DNA from: an uncultured delta proteobacterium
GTDB lineage: Bacteria; Myxococcota_A; Polyangia; Polyangiales; B10-G4
Direction: 5' to 3'
DNA length: 64,000 bases
Assembly (NCBI GenBank): GCA_963727445.1
Contig: CAVSGI010000006.1
Location: 32,001-96,000, forward strand
The notes under the pieces were generated by a model, which saw only the letters and a program-made list of their open reading frames with translations, was not told the origin of the DNA and did not search any database. The translations under genes were made by a program, and so were the position numbers. Shown one piece after another: positions 38,167 to 47,116 of this stretch; positions within the stretch are counted from its first letter, which is position 1, and every line of letters begins with the position of its first letter.

Positions 38167-40146
38167 TCATTCTCCGATCGTGATCTCGGTGGTCGGGGGT
38201 AGGGGGCGTGGGGGCTCGGTGGTGTTCGTGGCGAGCTCGGCGTGGACGATGTGGATGCCGAGGAGCTGGTTCAGCAGCGCGTCGTTCTGCACCGCCGTCA
38301 CCGCGTCGGTGGTCGTGGCGCGCTGCTCCAGGAGCTCACGGACCTTGGCCGGGTCGAAATGTCCGAGCGCCTCGATGGCGTCGGGGTTCAGGTACCGCTC
38401 GACGAGCGCGGCGATGGCGCCGCGCTTCTTCGGGTCGGTGTGGCTCGGAGGCGCCATGAACGCGAACTTCTGACGCTCGTAGAGAGAGCGCGGCAGGACG
38501 TGCTTCATCGCTTCGCGCAGGATCCACTTCTCGACTCCCTCTCGGATCCGGAGCATCGGTGGGACGCGGGTGGCGACGGCCGCGAGTCGGTGATCGAGGA
38601 AGGCCGGTCGCGCCTCTACCGAGTGCGCCATGTCCATCCGGTCCCCGCTCCATCCGAGGACCTGGCTCTCCATCAGCGTCTTGACGTAGGTGTACTGCGC
38701 CTTGTCGAGGGCGTGGCGGCCCGCGAGCATGTTGCCGTCGAGGCGCGTCGCGGATTCGGTGATCGGATCGTAATCGGCGAGCTCGGCGCGGAGCTCGTCG
38801 CTCAGCAGGGCGCGGGCGCGAGTCAGGGTGGCCATCCAGGGGTGAAGCCAAGCGGGTGTGAAACCGCAGAGTGTCTCGAAGGCCGGATGGGTCCGGGGCT
38901 CTTCGCTGATCGTCGCGCCGCGAAAGACCGCGTTGTCCTCGAGCACCGAGCCGAGCTCGCCCTCCGCGTCGCCGTGGCGCAGCAGATCCTGCTTGAAGAA
39001 CGGGTAGCCGCCGAAGAGCTCGTCCGAGCCCTCTCCGGTCACCACCACCCGGTAGCCCGCGTCGCGAACCGCGCGGCTCAGATGCCACTTGGCCACGCTG
39101 AAGGGGTTGTAGAAGGCGCGCTCGGCGTGGCGCACCGCGTCCACGTAGCTCTCGCCGTAGAGCGCGTCGGCTTCCAGCGTGAGGATGCGCTGCTCTGCAC
39201 CCAGGCTCTTCGCCATCTCGCGCGCCGGTGCGCTCTCGTCGTAGTCGTCGTCGTCGAAGCCGACGGTGAATGCCTGCACCGGCGACTGTTGCATCGCGTC
39301 CGCGAGGCCGAGGATCGAGCAGCTGTCGATACCCCCGGACAGATAGCAGCCCACCGGGACGTCGGCTTCGAGGCGCACCCGCACCGCGTCGATCAGCGCA
39401 TCGGCGACCGCGCGTTCGTGCGCCTGGGGATCGGTTGCCGCTGGGCGATCGCGCTCCAGGGGAAAGTCGAGGTCCCAATAGGTGCGGTCCCGAACCGTGA
39501 AGCGGCCGCCCTCGCGCGTGATCACCAGCATGTGGCCGGGCTCTACGCTCTCGATCCCCTCGAAGGCCGTGCGGCCGGGGGGCACGAGGTTCATCATCTG
39601 ACCGAGCGTCGCGTGGGCAGACATGCGCCGCGGCACCGCGGGATGGGCGAGGAGCGCTTTGATCTCCGACCCCCAGTAGACGCCGTCGGGCGCGATGTGA
39701 ACGTGCAGCGGTTTGACGCCGAAGCGGTCCCGGACGAGCAGAAGGCGCTCGCGCTCTTCGTCGAAGAGCGCGAAAGCGAACTCACCGCGCAGGGCGTCGA
39801 CGAAGGACAGCCCCTGCTCCTGGTAGAGGGGCAGGGCGATCTCCGAGTCGCTCTTGGTCGACAAGCGATGTCCGCGGCACCTCAGAGCCGCCCGAATCTC
39901 TTTGTACTCGTAGAACTCGCCATTGGCCGTCAACACGGCGCTCCGGTCGCGAAGCGGCTGGCTCCCCGTGTCGAGGTCGATGATCGAAAGGCGGGTATGG
40001 CCCATGGCCAGACCGCGCGATGCATCGAGGTGCATCCCCTGATCGTCCGGGCCCCGGTGGTGAAGGGAGGCCATCATTCGGCGCAAGGCCGAGTTGGCGC
40101 TCTCCTCGAGGGGTCGCGCGACCCAGAATCCTGTGATTCCACACAC
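38167..40146 (-). CDS. asnB: AsnB-like glutamine-dependent amidotransferase
   Basis: N-terminal (M)CGI Ntn Cys, HRGPD, RLSIID, NGEFY, LSGGIDS and TGEGSDELFGGY motifs. Confidence 0.9.
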   Translation of the reverse strand: MCGITGFWVARPLEESANSALRRMMASLHHRGPDDQGMHLDASRGLAMGHTRLSIIDLDTGSQPLRDRSAVLTANGEFYEYKEIRAALRCRGHRLSTKSDSEIALPLYQEQGLSFVDALRGEFAFALFDEERERLLLVRDRFGVKPLHVHIAPDGVYWGSEIKALLAHPAVPRRMSAHATLGQMMNLVPPGRTAFEGIESVEPGHMLVITREGGRFTVRDRTYWDLDFPLERDRPAATDPQAHERAVADALIDAVRVRLEADVPVGCYLSGGIDSCSILGLADAMQQSPVQAFTVGFDDDDYDESAPAREMAKSLGAEQRILTLEADALYGESYVDAVRHAERAFYNPFSVAKWHLSRAVRDAGYRVVVTGEGSDELFGGYPFFKQDLLRHGDAEGELGSVLEDNAVFRGATISEEPRTHPAFETLCGFTPAWLHPWMATLTRARALLSDELRAELADYDPITESATRLDGNMLAGRHALDKAQYTYVKTLMESQVLGWSGDRMDMAHSVEARPAFLDHRLAAVATRVPPMLRIREGVEKWILREAMKHVLPRSLYERQKFAFMAPPSHTDPKKRGAIAALVERYLNPDAIEALGHFDPAKVRELLEQRATTTDAVTAVQNDALLNQLLGIHIVHAELATNTTEPPRPLPPTTEITIGE

Positions 40147-40189
40147 GTACGTCGGCCTACCGGGCGTCCCTCCCGGAGCCCATGAATGC

Positions 40190-40201
40190 TTTGAGTACAA
40201 A
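40190..40201. promoter_or_regulatory. Palindromic operator-like site between asnB and ectR
   Basis: TTTG-AGTA-CAAA in the AT-rich divergent promoter region. Confidence 0.6.
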
Positions 40202-40268
40202 AAATATGAACCCAATGCAAATGGGCTGGCGGAGAGGGCTGTCTCCGGTGAAAGCTCGGGGAGCAGCG

Positions 40269-40793
40269 ATGACGAGCCGATACGAGGACAGCATCTTGCG
40301 ATCGCTCCGGCGGATGACGCGCGCCGTGGACCTGCACAGCAAGCAGCTCGCCCGTCATCACAGCCTGACGGGACCGCAGCTGGTCTGCCTGCGTCTGATC
40401 GAGAAGCGGGGTGTGATCACGCCGAGCGAGCTGGCGAAGGGTGTCTCGCTGAGTCAGGGCACGGTGACCGGGATCCTCGAGCGTCTGGCGGCGCGGGATC
40501 TCATCCGGCGCGAGCGCAGCGCCGAGGACAAGCGGAAGATCCTCGTGCAGCTCACCAGCGCCGGGGCCGACCTGGTGAAGACGGCGCCCTCTTCGCTGCA
40601 AGAACAGTTCTCGAAGCGGCTCGCCGCGCTGCCGGAAGGTGAGCAGGCGATGATCGATTGGATCATGCAGCGGGTGGTCACGCTGATGGAGGCGGAGGAC
40701 GTCGACGCTGCGCCGATCATGGCGACCGGCCCGATGTCCGCCGAAGCGGAGGTGGTCGCCGACTTCCTCGACCCGGACGCCGAGCCGACGTAG
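40269..40793 (+). CDS. ectR: MarR family regulator, EctR/CosR-like
   Basis: ILRSLRRMTRAVDLHSKQL, LTGPQL, SLSQGTVTGILERL, DKR and the C-terminal M.AE.VDAAP motif. Confidence 0.85.
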   Translation: MTSRYEDSILRSLRRMTRAVDLHSKQLARHHSLTGPQLVCLRLIEKRGVITPSELAKGVSLSQGTVTGILERLAARDLIRRERSAEDKRKILVQLTSAGADLVKTAPSSLQEQFSKRLAALPEGEQAMIDWIMQRVVTLMEAEDVDAAPIMATGPMSAEAEVVADFLDPDAEPT

Positions 40794-40924
40794 CGCGCGG
40801 TCCGCGCTGGCGGGATCCCGACGCCGAGCCGACGTAGCGCCCGGTCCGCGCAGCCGGGAAGGTCGAGCATCAGGGGTGCGCCCGCGGGCGGGTGGGGTGG
40901 GGCGGCACGAGTCGACGGAAGTTA

Positions 40925-41180
40925 TCAGCCAGCGTTGGGGCCGCCGAAATCGACGAGGGGATCGTCAGGGTCTTCGTGCGCGATCTCCAGGCAATCCTCG
41001 CAGAAGAAGACCACGCCTCGCACGTCCACCGGCGGGGCGTTGCAACGCCTGCCGCGCATCACACGCTGGCGTCAGCCAGCGTTGGGGCCGCCGAAATCGA
41101 CGAGGGGATCGTCAGGGTCTTCGTGCGCGATCTCCAGGCAATCCTCGCAGAAGAAGACCACGCCTCGCACGTCCACCGGC
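40925..41180. repeat. 109-bp perfect direct repeat (40925-41033 and 41072-41180)
   Basis: Identical sequence TCAGCCAGCGTTGGGG...CGTCCACCGGC occurs twice, 38 bp apart. Confidence 0.9.
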
Positions 41181-41554
41181 TCGAGGTTCGTGGTGGTCAG
41201 GCACGAAGCGCATTCGAGGCGGGGCGGGATCGGCTTCGACAAATAGCAGCGGAGCGTCTCCGCGATCCGCTCGAAACACAGCGGATGGGTGAAGACGGCG
41301 ATCCCTGCCCGTGCCGCGCGAAGGCGCGGCGCCAGCCCGCGATCCGTGACCAGGATCAGCGCACCGTCGTAGCCGAGCGCGCGTAGTCGTTCGAGGATCC
41401 AGATCTCCTGGGCGATCACCGCGCCGCATTCATCCTTCGCCTCGAAGTCGTTGTCCGGCGCCACGCGCAGCACGATCTCCGAAAGCTCGTCACCGAGGCG
41501 CGCGCTGATCTCGTACGCGTCTTCGATGACAACTACGTGCTTCTCGTCATGCAT
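41072..41554 (-). CDS. Hypothetical protein: degenerate receiver-like domain plus CxxC...CxxC zinc ribbon
   Basis: VVVIED N-terminus; CASC...CEDC near the C-terminus. Confidence 0.55.
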   Translation of the reverse strand: MHDEKHVVVIEDAYEISARLGDELSEIVLRVAPDNDFEAKDECGAVIAQEIWILERLRALGYDGALILVTDRGLAPRLRAARAGIAVFTHPLCFERIAETLRCYLSKPIPPRLECASCLTTTNLEPVDVRGVVFFCEDCLEIAHEDPDDPLVDFGGPNAG

Positions 41555-41851
41555 GCTCGAAGAGCACCGCAAGACACGTGCCGCCCGCAAAACCCAGCGT
41601 TGTCGCCGTGTCCTGTGCCGCGTTCCGCCCCACGCGTGGCGCCCTGCCACGAAATGCCGCGTCGTTCGAACGAGGGTGAAATCCTGCAGGGCGCGTCGCG
41701 CGCGTAGGTCGTTGGCGTGCGCGGTGCTCGTCCATCAGGGCGAGGCCACGCTCGACGACCGAGGTGCGAGGAAGACCGCGTCTCGACCTGGGCCGCCTCG
41801 AGGTTGAGCCAGTGAGCGGACGCGTGCGTGTCAGACGTGACGCGTCGCCCC

Positions 41852-42840
41852 GCGGTTGCAAGTCGTGATGTTGCGGGCGACGCCGGCGGTTGTGACCGCC
41901 CCGCGGTAACAAGTCGTGATGTCGCGGACGACGCCGGCGGTTGTGACCGCCCAGCGGTCACAAGTCGTGATGTCGCGGACGACGCCGGCGGTTGTGACCG
42001 CCCCGCGGTCACAAGTCGTGATGTCGCGGACGACGCCTGCGGTTGTGACCGCCCCGCGGTCACAAGTCGTGATGTCGCGGACGACGCCGGCGGTTGCGAC
42101 CGCCCCGCGGTCACAAGTCGTGATGTCGCGGACGACGCCGGCGGTTGTGACCGCCCCGCGGTCACAAGTCGTGATGTCGCGGACGACGCCTGCGGTTGTG
42201 ACCGCCATGCGGCGGGCGACGCCGGCGGTCGTGATGCTCCGCGGTCGGCGACGCCGGCGGTTGTGACCGCCCAGCGGTCACAAGTCGTGATGTCGCGGAC
42301 GACGCCTGCGGTTGTGACCGCCCCGCGGTGGACGACGCCTGCGGTTGTGACCGCCCAGCGGTCACAAGTCGTGATGTCGCGGACGACGCCTGCGGTTGTG
42401 ACCGCCCCGCGGTCACAAGTCGTGATGTTGCGGGCGACGCCGGCGGTTGTGACCGCTCCGCGGTCACAAGTCGTGATGTCGCGGACGACGCCGGCGGTTG
42501 TGACCGCCCAGCGGTCACAAGTCGTGATGTCGCGGACGACGCCGGCGGTTGTGACCGCCCCGCGGTCACAAGTCGTGATGTCGCGGACGACGCCGGCGGT
42601 TGTGACCGCCCCGCGGTCACAAGTCGTGATGTCGCGGACGACGCCGGCCGTTGTGACCGCCCTGCGGTCACAAGTCGTGATGTCGCGGACGACGCCTGCG
42701 GTTGTGACCGCTCCGCGGTCACAAGTCGTGATGTCGCGGACGACGCCGGCGGTTGTGACCGCCCAGCGGTCACAAGTCGTGATGTCGCGGACGACGCCGG
42801 CGGTTGTGACCGCCCCGCGGTCACAAGTCGTGATGTCGCG
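41852..42840. repeat. 51-bp tandem repeat array, about 18 intact plus 2 degenerate units, hairpin-forming
   Basis: Unit GCGGTCACAAGTCGTGATGTCGCGGACGACGCCGGCGGTTGTGACCGCCCC; period 51 (41911, 41962, 42013...). Confidence 0.95.
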
Positions 42841-42918
42841 GTGCGCCGCGCACGCGCGTTCCGTCTAAACGGACGGGACGGGGTTGGCGAAGGGTCCGCC
42901 TCGCACGCGCGGCACGGC

Positions 42919-42995
42919 TGGCGGATGCTAGAGGATTCGAACCTCTGACCTTCGGCTCCGGAGGCCGACGCTCTATCCAGCTGAGCTAAGCATCC
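42919..42995 (-). tRNA. tRNA-Arg (CCG)
   Basis: Reverse complement GGATGCTTAGCTCAGCTGGATAGAGCGTCGGCCTCCGGAGCCGAAGGTCAGAGGTTCGAATCCTCTAGCATCCGCCA; cloverleaf, CCG anticodon, encoded CCA. Confidence 0.97.
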
Positions 42996-43134
42996 TCAGG
43001 GGCGCTCGATGTAACCAAAGTGCTGGCGCGACGCAAGCTCGCCCAGCGAGTACGGTCTGCGGCGATCCGGTCTCCCGAACGCGGGAGGGGCGCTCCCGGT
43101 GGTGGCTTGACGAAATCTCCCACTTCCGGCACCG

Positions 43135-43830
43135 ATGGAGGCGGTGGATCTGGGCGAGCTTCTGGTCGAGGAAGGGCTCTTCGAGGCGGCGCGGCTCTCC
43201 GAGGCCCGAGCCGAGGCCCTGCGCCTCGACCGGCCCCTGGTCGAGGTGATCTGCAATCAGGGGCTCGCGGCCGAGGACATGGTGGCCGACGTGGCCGCCC
43301 GGGCGGTGGGGACGGTGGTGATCGACGTCCATCTGGGCGCCCTCGATCGCGAGGCCGTGCAGCTGGTCCCAGAAGGGGTGGCCCGGCGTCACCTGCTGAT
43401 CGCCCTGTCCAAGGACGGCGACGGCGCCCGGATCCGGGTGGCCCTGGCCAATCCCCTCGACGAAGCCGCCGTGGCGGCCGTGCGCGAGGCCACGGCCCTC
43501 GAGGTCGAGCCCATGGTCGCCACCGTGTCGGGGGTGAGCGCGGCCATCGACCGCGAGTACGCTTCCTCCAATACCGCGATCATCCGCGCTCCCCGCGCGC
43601 CTTCCGACCTCCCGCGGGAGGACACCCGCAAGATGCGCGAGGACGATCGCCGCGCCGGCAAGACCAATCCAGGCACCAATCCCATGGGCACCTCCCCGAT
43701 GCACCGCCTCGAGCACGACGCGCCGATCGAGCAGCGCCACGAGGCGCTCCTCCTCGCGCTCGTCGACGCCGGGGTGCTGACGCGATCGGACTACCTCGCG
43801 GCTCTCCGGCGCCTCAAAGGAAGAAAGTGA
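43135..43830 (+). CDS. GspE/PilB N-terminal (MshEN-like) domain protein
   Basis: LGELLVEEGL, VPEGVARRH and VALANPLD motifs; no ATPase domain. Confidence 0.8.
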   Translation: MEAVDLGELLVEEGLFEAARLSEARAEALRLDRPLVEVICNQGLAAEDMVADVAARAVGTVVIDVHLGALDREAVQLVPEGVARRHLLIALSKDGDGARIRVALANPLDEAAVAAVREATALEVEPMVATVSGVSAAIDREYASSNTAIIRAPRAPSDLPREDTRKMREDDRRAGKTNPGTNPMGTSPMHRLEHDAPIEQRHEALLLALVDAGVLTRSDYLAALRRLKGRK

Positions 43831-44115
43831 CCTGATCTCCGCAGGGTGGCGGCGCGTGAATTAACTGACGCCGCGCCGGGGATCACGACATGGGTGTCCG
43901 AGTCCCCATCTCGGGCCTGCCCATCCATTCCCTTTCCGGCATGGCCTGCCCCTTGCTCACGTTCGGTTCTGCCCGTGTGGACACGTGTATGTCGACGTCG
44001 GGCAGGGTGGTGAGCGAACCCACTTTCGCTTGACACCCATAGGCGCGCTGCTAGACCGCGCCATCTTTCGGACCAGTGTGGTCCATGGCTTCGGGCTGCT
44101 GGAGGACTTCTCAAA

Positions 44116-45591
44116 ATGAATCGCAAGCTGTTCACCTTGGCACTTTGTAGCGCGTTCACGCTCGGCCTCTCGGCCTGCGGCGACGACCACGGGATCGTGG
44201 GCGACGCGGGCGACACCAGCGTGATCGTCATCGACGGCGGCTCGGACTCGAGCCCGCCGGACGCGACGCCTGACACCAGCCGTCCCGACACCAGCACCGG
44301 CGGCTGCGACGTGGGCGAGGCCTGCGATCCGACCCGCGGTTGCGCCATCAGCGTTCTGTGCATCGACGAGTTCGCGAACGAGCTGGGCGGCACGGACGAC
44401 CCCATCACCGGGCTTCCGAGTGGTGAGATGGGCATCCCGACCACCTCGTGGACCGGCGGCTACTGCTCCAACGCGAACCCCATCGACATGGGCGGCTGCG
44501 ATCCCAACGACGAAGAGAGCTGCGGCGGCGTCGACTGCGCCGTCTGCCTCAACGCCGGCACCGACATGCGCGGCGTGACCGTCGGCCTCTGCGCCGCGAG
44601 CTGCATGCCCAGCCTCACGGACAACGGCGCCTGCCGCGACACCTACGACTGCGGTCTCACCACCAAGGCGTGCGTCCCCGGCTGCGCGACCGACGAGGAG
44701 TGCCGCGTGGTTCGCCAGGACACCAACGACAACGGCTTCATCGACCCGTACGACGCGATGGCGAACCCCATGGGTGATCACCTCGTCTACGACGACTCCA
44801 CGATGGCCACCTGCAACCTCACCACCTATCGCTGCGAGCACAACGGCACGATGGGCGCCGAGGCCGGTGACACCTGCACCTTCGACTTCGAGTGCGAGGA
44901 GAACGGTGACTGCATCGCCGACAACGACGACCCCGCCACGGCGGAGAACGAGGGCGGCTGGCCCGGCGGCTACTGCACCAAGTTCGGCTGCGACATCGCC
45001 GGCAACGACTGCGCCGGCGCCGGTAAGTGCCAGGAGCGTGGCCTCGGCATCGCGCTGTGCGTTCAGGCTTGCGAGGTCGCGGCGACCGTCGACGCCGCGG
45101 ACCCCTTCTCGGACCCCCGCGACTGCGCCCCCGGCTACAGCTGCTTCTGGGACGGCACCTCCGGCATGGGCATGGGCAACGGTGGCTGCGTGCCCGGCAA
45201 CTACAACGACATCACCGACCCGAACATCGGCGAGACCTGCATGACCGAGGCGGACTGCTACTCGCCCTTCGGTCAGGGTCAGTGCCGCGACTTCGGCGCG
45301 GGCAACCACTGCACGCTCTTCGACTGCGGCGCCCCCGGCATGCCGGGAGACGTCTGCGGCGCGGCGGCGACCTGCGCCCAGATCAGCGGCTCGGACACCT
45401 CGCTCTGCATCAAGACCTGCACCACGGCCGCCGACTGCCTCCCGGGCAACGGCTGCTGGGACACCTCGGCCGCGGGCATCAACACCGCCGGCGCGACCGT
45501 CTGCTTCCCGGGCTGCCTCGAGGACTCGCACTGCAACACCGGCGAGACCTGTGTGGGCGCCAGCATGACCGCCGTCGGCGAGTGCATGTGA
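44116..45591 (+). CDS. Cys-rich surface lipoprotein
   Basis: Lipobox LSAC; many Cys repeats (GGYC motifs); GGAGG RBS; possible promoter TTGACA (44030)...TAGACC. Confidence 0.85.
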   Translation: MNRKLFTLALCSAFTLGLSACGDDHGIVGDAGDTSVIVIDGGSDSSPPDATPDTSRPDTSTGGCDVGEACDPTRGCAISVLCIDEFANELGGTDDPITGLPSGEMGIPTTSWTGGYCSNANPIDMGGCDPNDEESCGGVDCAVCLNAGTDMRGVTVGLCAASCMPSLTDNGACRDTYDCGLTTKACVPGCATDEECRVVRQDTNDNGFIDPYDAMANPMGDHLVYDDSTMATCNLTTYRCEHNGTMGAEAGDTCTFDFECEENGDCIADNDDPATAENEGGWPGGYCTKFGCDIAGNDCAGAGKCQERGLGIALCVQACEVAATVDAADPFSDPRDCAPGYSCFWDGTSGMGMGNGGCVPGNYNDITDPNIGETCMTEADCYSPFGQGQCRDFGAGNHCTLFDCGAPGMPGDVCGAAATCAQISGSDTSLCIKTCTTAADCLPGNGCWDTSAAGINTAGATVCFPGCLEDSHCNTGETCVGASMTAVGECM

Positions 45592-45593
45592 TG

Positions 45594-45882
45594 TAGAGAA
45601 GGCTCGGGCCGCGGAGCGTACGGGCCCGCAGAGAGCCGCGAAGGCGGCTCGGCGCGGGACCGGGAGCGCAGGGGTCGAGCCGGGAGTGGTCTAGGAGAAG
45701 GCTCGGGCCGCGGAGCGTACGGGCCCGCAGAGAGCCGCGAAGGCGGCTCGCGCGGGACCGGGAGCGCAGCGGGCCGAGCCGGGAGTGGTCTAGGAGAAGG
45801 CTCGGGCCGCGGAGCGTACGGGCCCGCAGAGAGCCGCGAAGGCGGCTCGCCGCGGGACCGGGAGCGCAGCGGGCCGAGCCGG
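45594..45882. repeat. Three tandem 99-bp REP-like units
   Basis: GGCTCGG at 45601, 45700 and 45799; each unit closes with (C/T)CGAGCC. Confidence 0.9.
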
Positions 45883-45905
45883 ATTGCACACCGCGCCACT
45901 CCACA

Positions 45906-45934
45906 TTGACTGAGACGCCCCGGTGCCGTATGGC
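45906..45934 (+). promoter_or_regulatory. Sigma-70-like promoter for the small basic ORF
   Basis: TTGACT-17 bp-TATGGC. Confidence 0.5.
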
Positions 45935-45978
45935 TCCGGGGCGTTTCGCATTCTGAAAGAGTGGATTAGAGGAAACCG

Positions 45979-46116
45979 ATGTATATCTTCACGGGAAAGC
46001 GCCGTAACCAGTCCAAGAACCGGAACAAGTCCGCGCGCTACCGCGCCAAGCTCAAGGCGAAGAATCGCCGCCGGGTCAATGGCATGAAGGGCCGCAAGCT
46101 CGCTCGCCGTCTGTGA
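45979..46116 (+). CDS. 45-aa Arg/Lys-rich small protein
   Basis: MYIFTGKRRNQSKNRNKSARYRAKLKAKNRRRVNGMKGRKLARRL; AGAGGA RBS; GC3-biased codons; absent from the ORF track. Confidence 0.75.
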   Translation: MYIFTGKRRNQSKNRNKSARYRAKLKAKNRRRVNGMKGRKLARRL

Positions 46117-46261
46117 ACACCACTCGGGCACGCCATCCGCCGGCTTTCCTCCTCGCCCCCTCCCTTCGCAATACCTCTGGTATTCCTCGGTCGGGGCCTG
46201 CGGGGGCGCTCGGCGGCTGTCGCACCTGAGCGGCGTTCACCAAAGGCTCTGGGTAAGGCGC

Positions 46262-47116
46262 GTGGAACACAACCCGATCTTCGTCGTCAGCGACTCGACC
46301 GGCGAGACGGCCGAGCGCGTGGTGCGCGCCGCCCTCCTGCAGTATCCGGAGCATCGGGTGCGCGTCCGCCTCTTCACGCGCGTGCGTGACGAGGAGTCGG
46401 TCCGCGACGTGATCCTCAAGGCGGCGGATGCTGGGGCGATGATCGTCTTCACCCTCGTCGCCCCCGAGCTCCGCGAGTTCTTCCACGAGCTCGCGCACGA
46501 AAACCAGATCGAGGCCGTCGACGTGATCGGGGGCCTCATCCACAAGGTGGGCAACTTCCTCGGCGCCCAGCCGATCAACGTGCCGACCGCGACGCTGCCG
46601 CTCTCGGAGGAGTACTTCCGCCGGGTCGAGGCGATCGAGTTCGCGGTGAAGAGCGACGACGGCAAGGAGCCGCGCAACCTCAAGAAGGCCGACCTGGTGC
46701 TCTGCGGCGTCAGCCGCACCTCGAAGACGCCGCTGGCGACCTATCTCGCGGGTCGCGGCCTGCGCGTCGCGAACGTCCCGTTGGTGCTCGGCGTGTCACC
46801 GCCCAAGGAGCTCTTCGAGATCCCGCCCGAGCGCGTGGTGGCCCTGACGATCGACATCGACAGGCTGCTCGAGATCCGCAAGCAGCGATTGCAGCAGCTC
46901 GGGATGCCCGTCGACGCCAACTACGGCCTGCGCGATCACGTGAAGGCCGAGCTCGAGTACGCGCACCAGATGTTCAAGGAGCACCCCACCTGGTCGGTGG
47001 TCAACGTCAGCGGCCGCGCCATCGAAGAGACGGCGACGATCATCCTCGAGTACTACAAAGACACCGAGGAACGCCGCGGCGGAACCAACACCCACCCGCC
47101 GCCCACCGTCCTGTAG
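46262..47116 (+). CDS. PEP synthase/PPDK regulatory kinase-pyrophosphorylase (DUF299)
   Basis: VSDSTGETA, YFRRVEAIEFA..DDG and GVSRTSKTP motifs. Confidence 0.93.
   Translation: MEHNPIFVVSDSTGETAERVVRAALLQYPEHRVRVRLFTRVRDEESVRDVILKAADAGAMIVFTLVAPELREFFHELAHENQIEAVDVIGGLIHKVGNFLGAQPINVPTATLPLSEEYFRRVEAIEFAVKSDDGKEPRNLKKADLVLCGVSRTSKTPLATYLAGRGLRVANVPLVLGVSPPKELFEIPPERVVALTIDIDRLLEIRKQRLQQLGMPVDANYGLRDHVKAELEYAHQMFKEHPTWSVVNVSGRAIEETATIILEYYKDTEERRGGTNTHPPPTVL

Noticed and set aside
38167..40146. NAGGN synthesis locus (asnO-ngg)
   Set aside because: No Ngg GNAT/ATP-grasp fusion is adjacent, so NAGGN synthesis cannot be claimed.
41852..42840. CRISPR array
   Set aside because: The units are head-to-tail near-identical with no unique spacers, and there are no cas genes in the window.
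41533..42948. Repeat-protein ORFs (17-aa units) on both strands
   Set aside because: Several frames are open at once, with no clear RBS or signal peptide; non-coding is more parsimonious, though coding is not excluded.
40800..42995. Integrative element or prophage at tRNA-Arg
   Set aside because: I saw no integrase, transposase or duplicate of the tRNA 3' end in the window.
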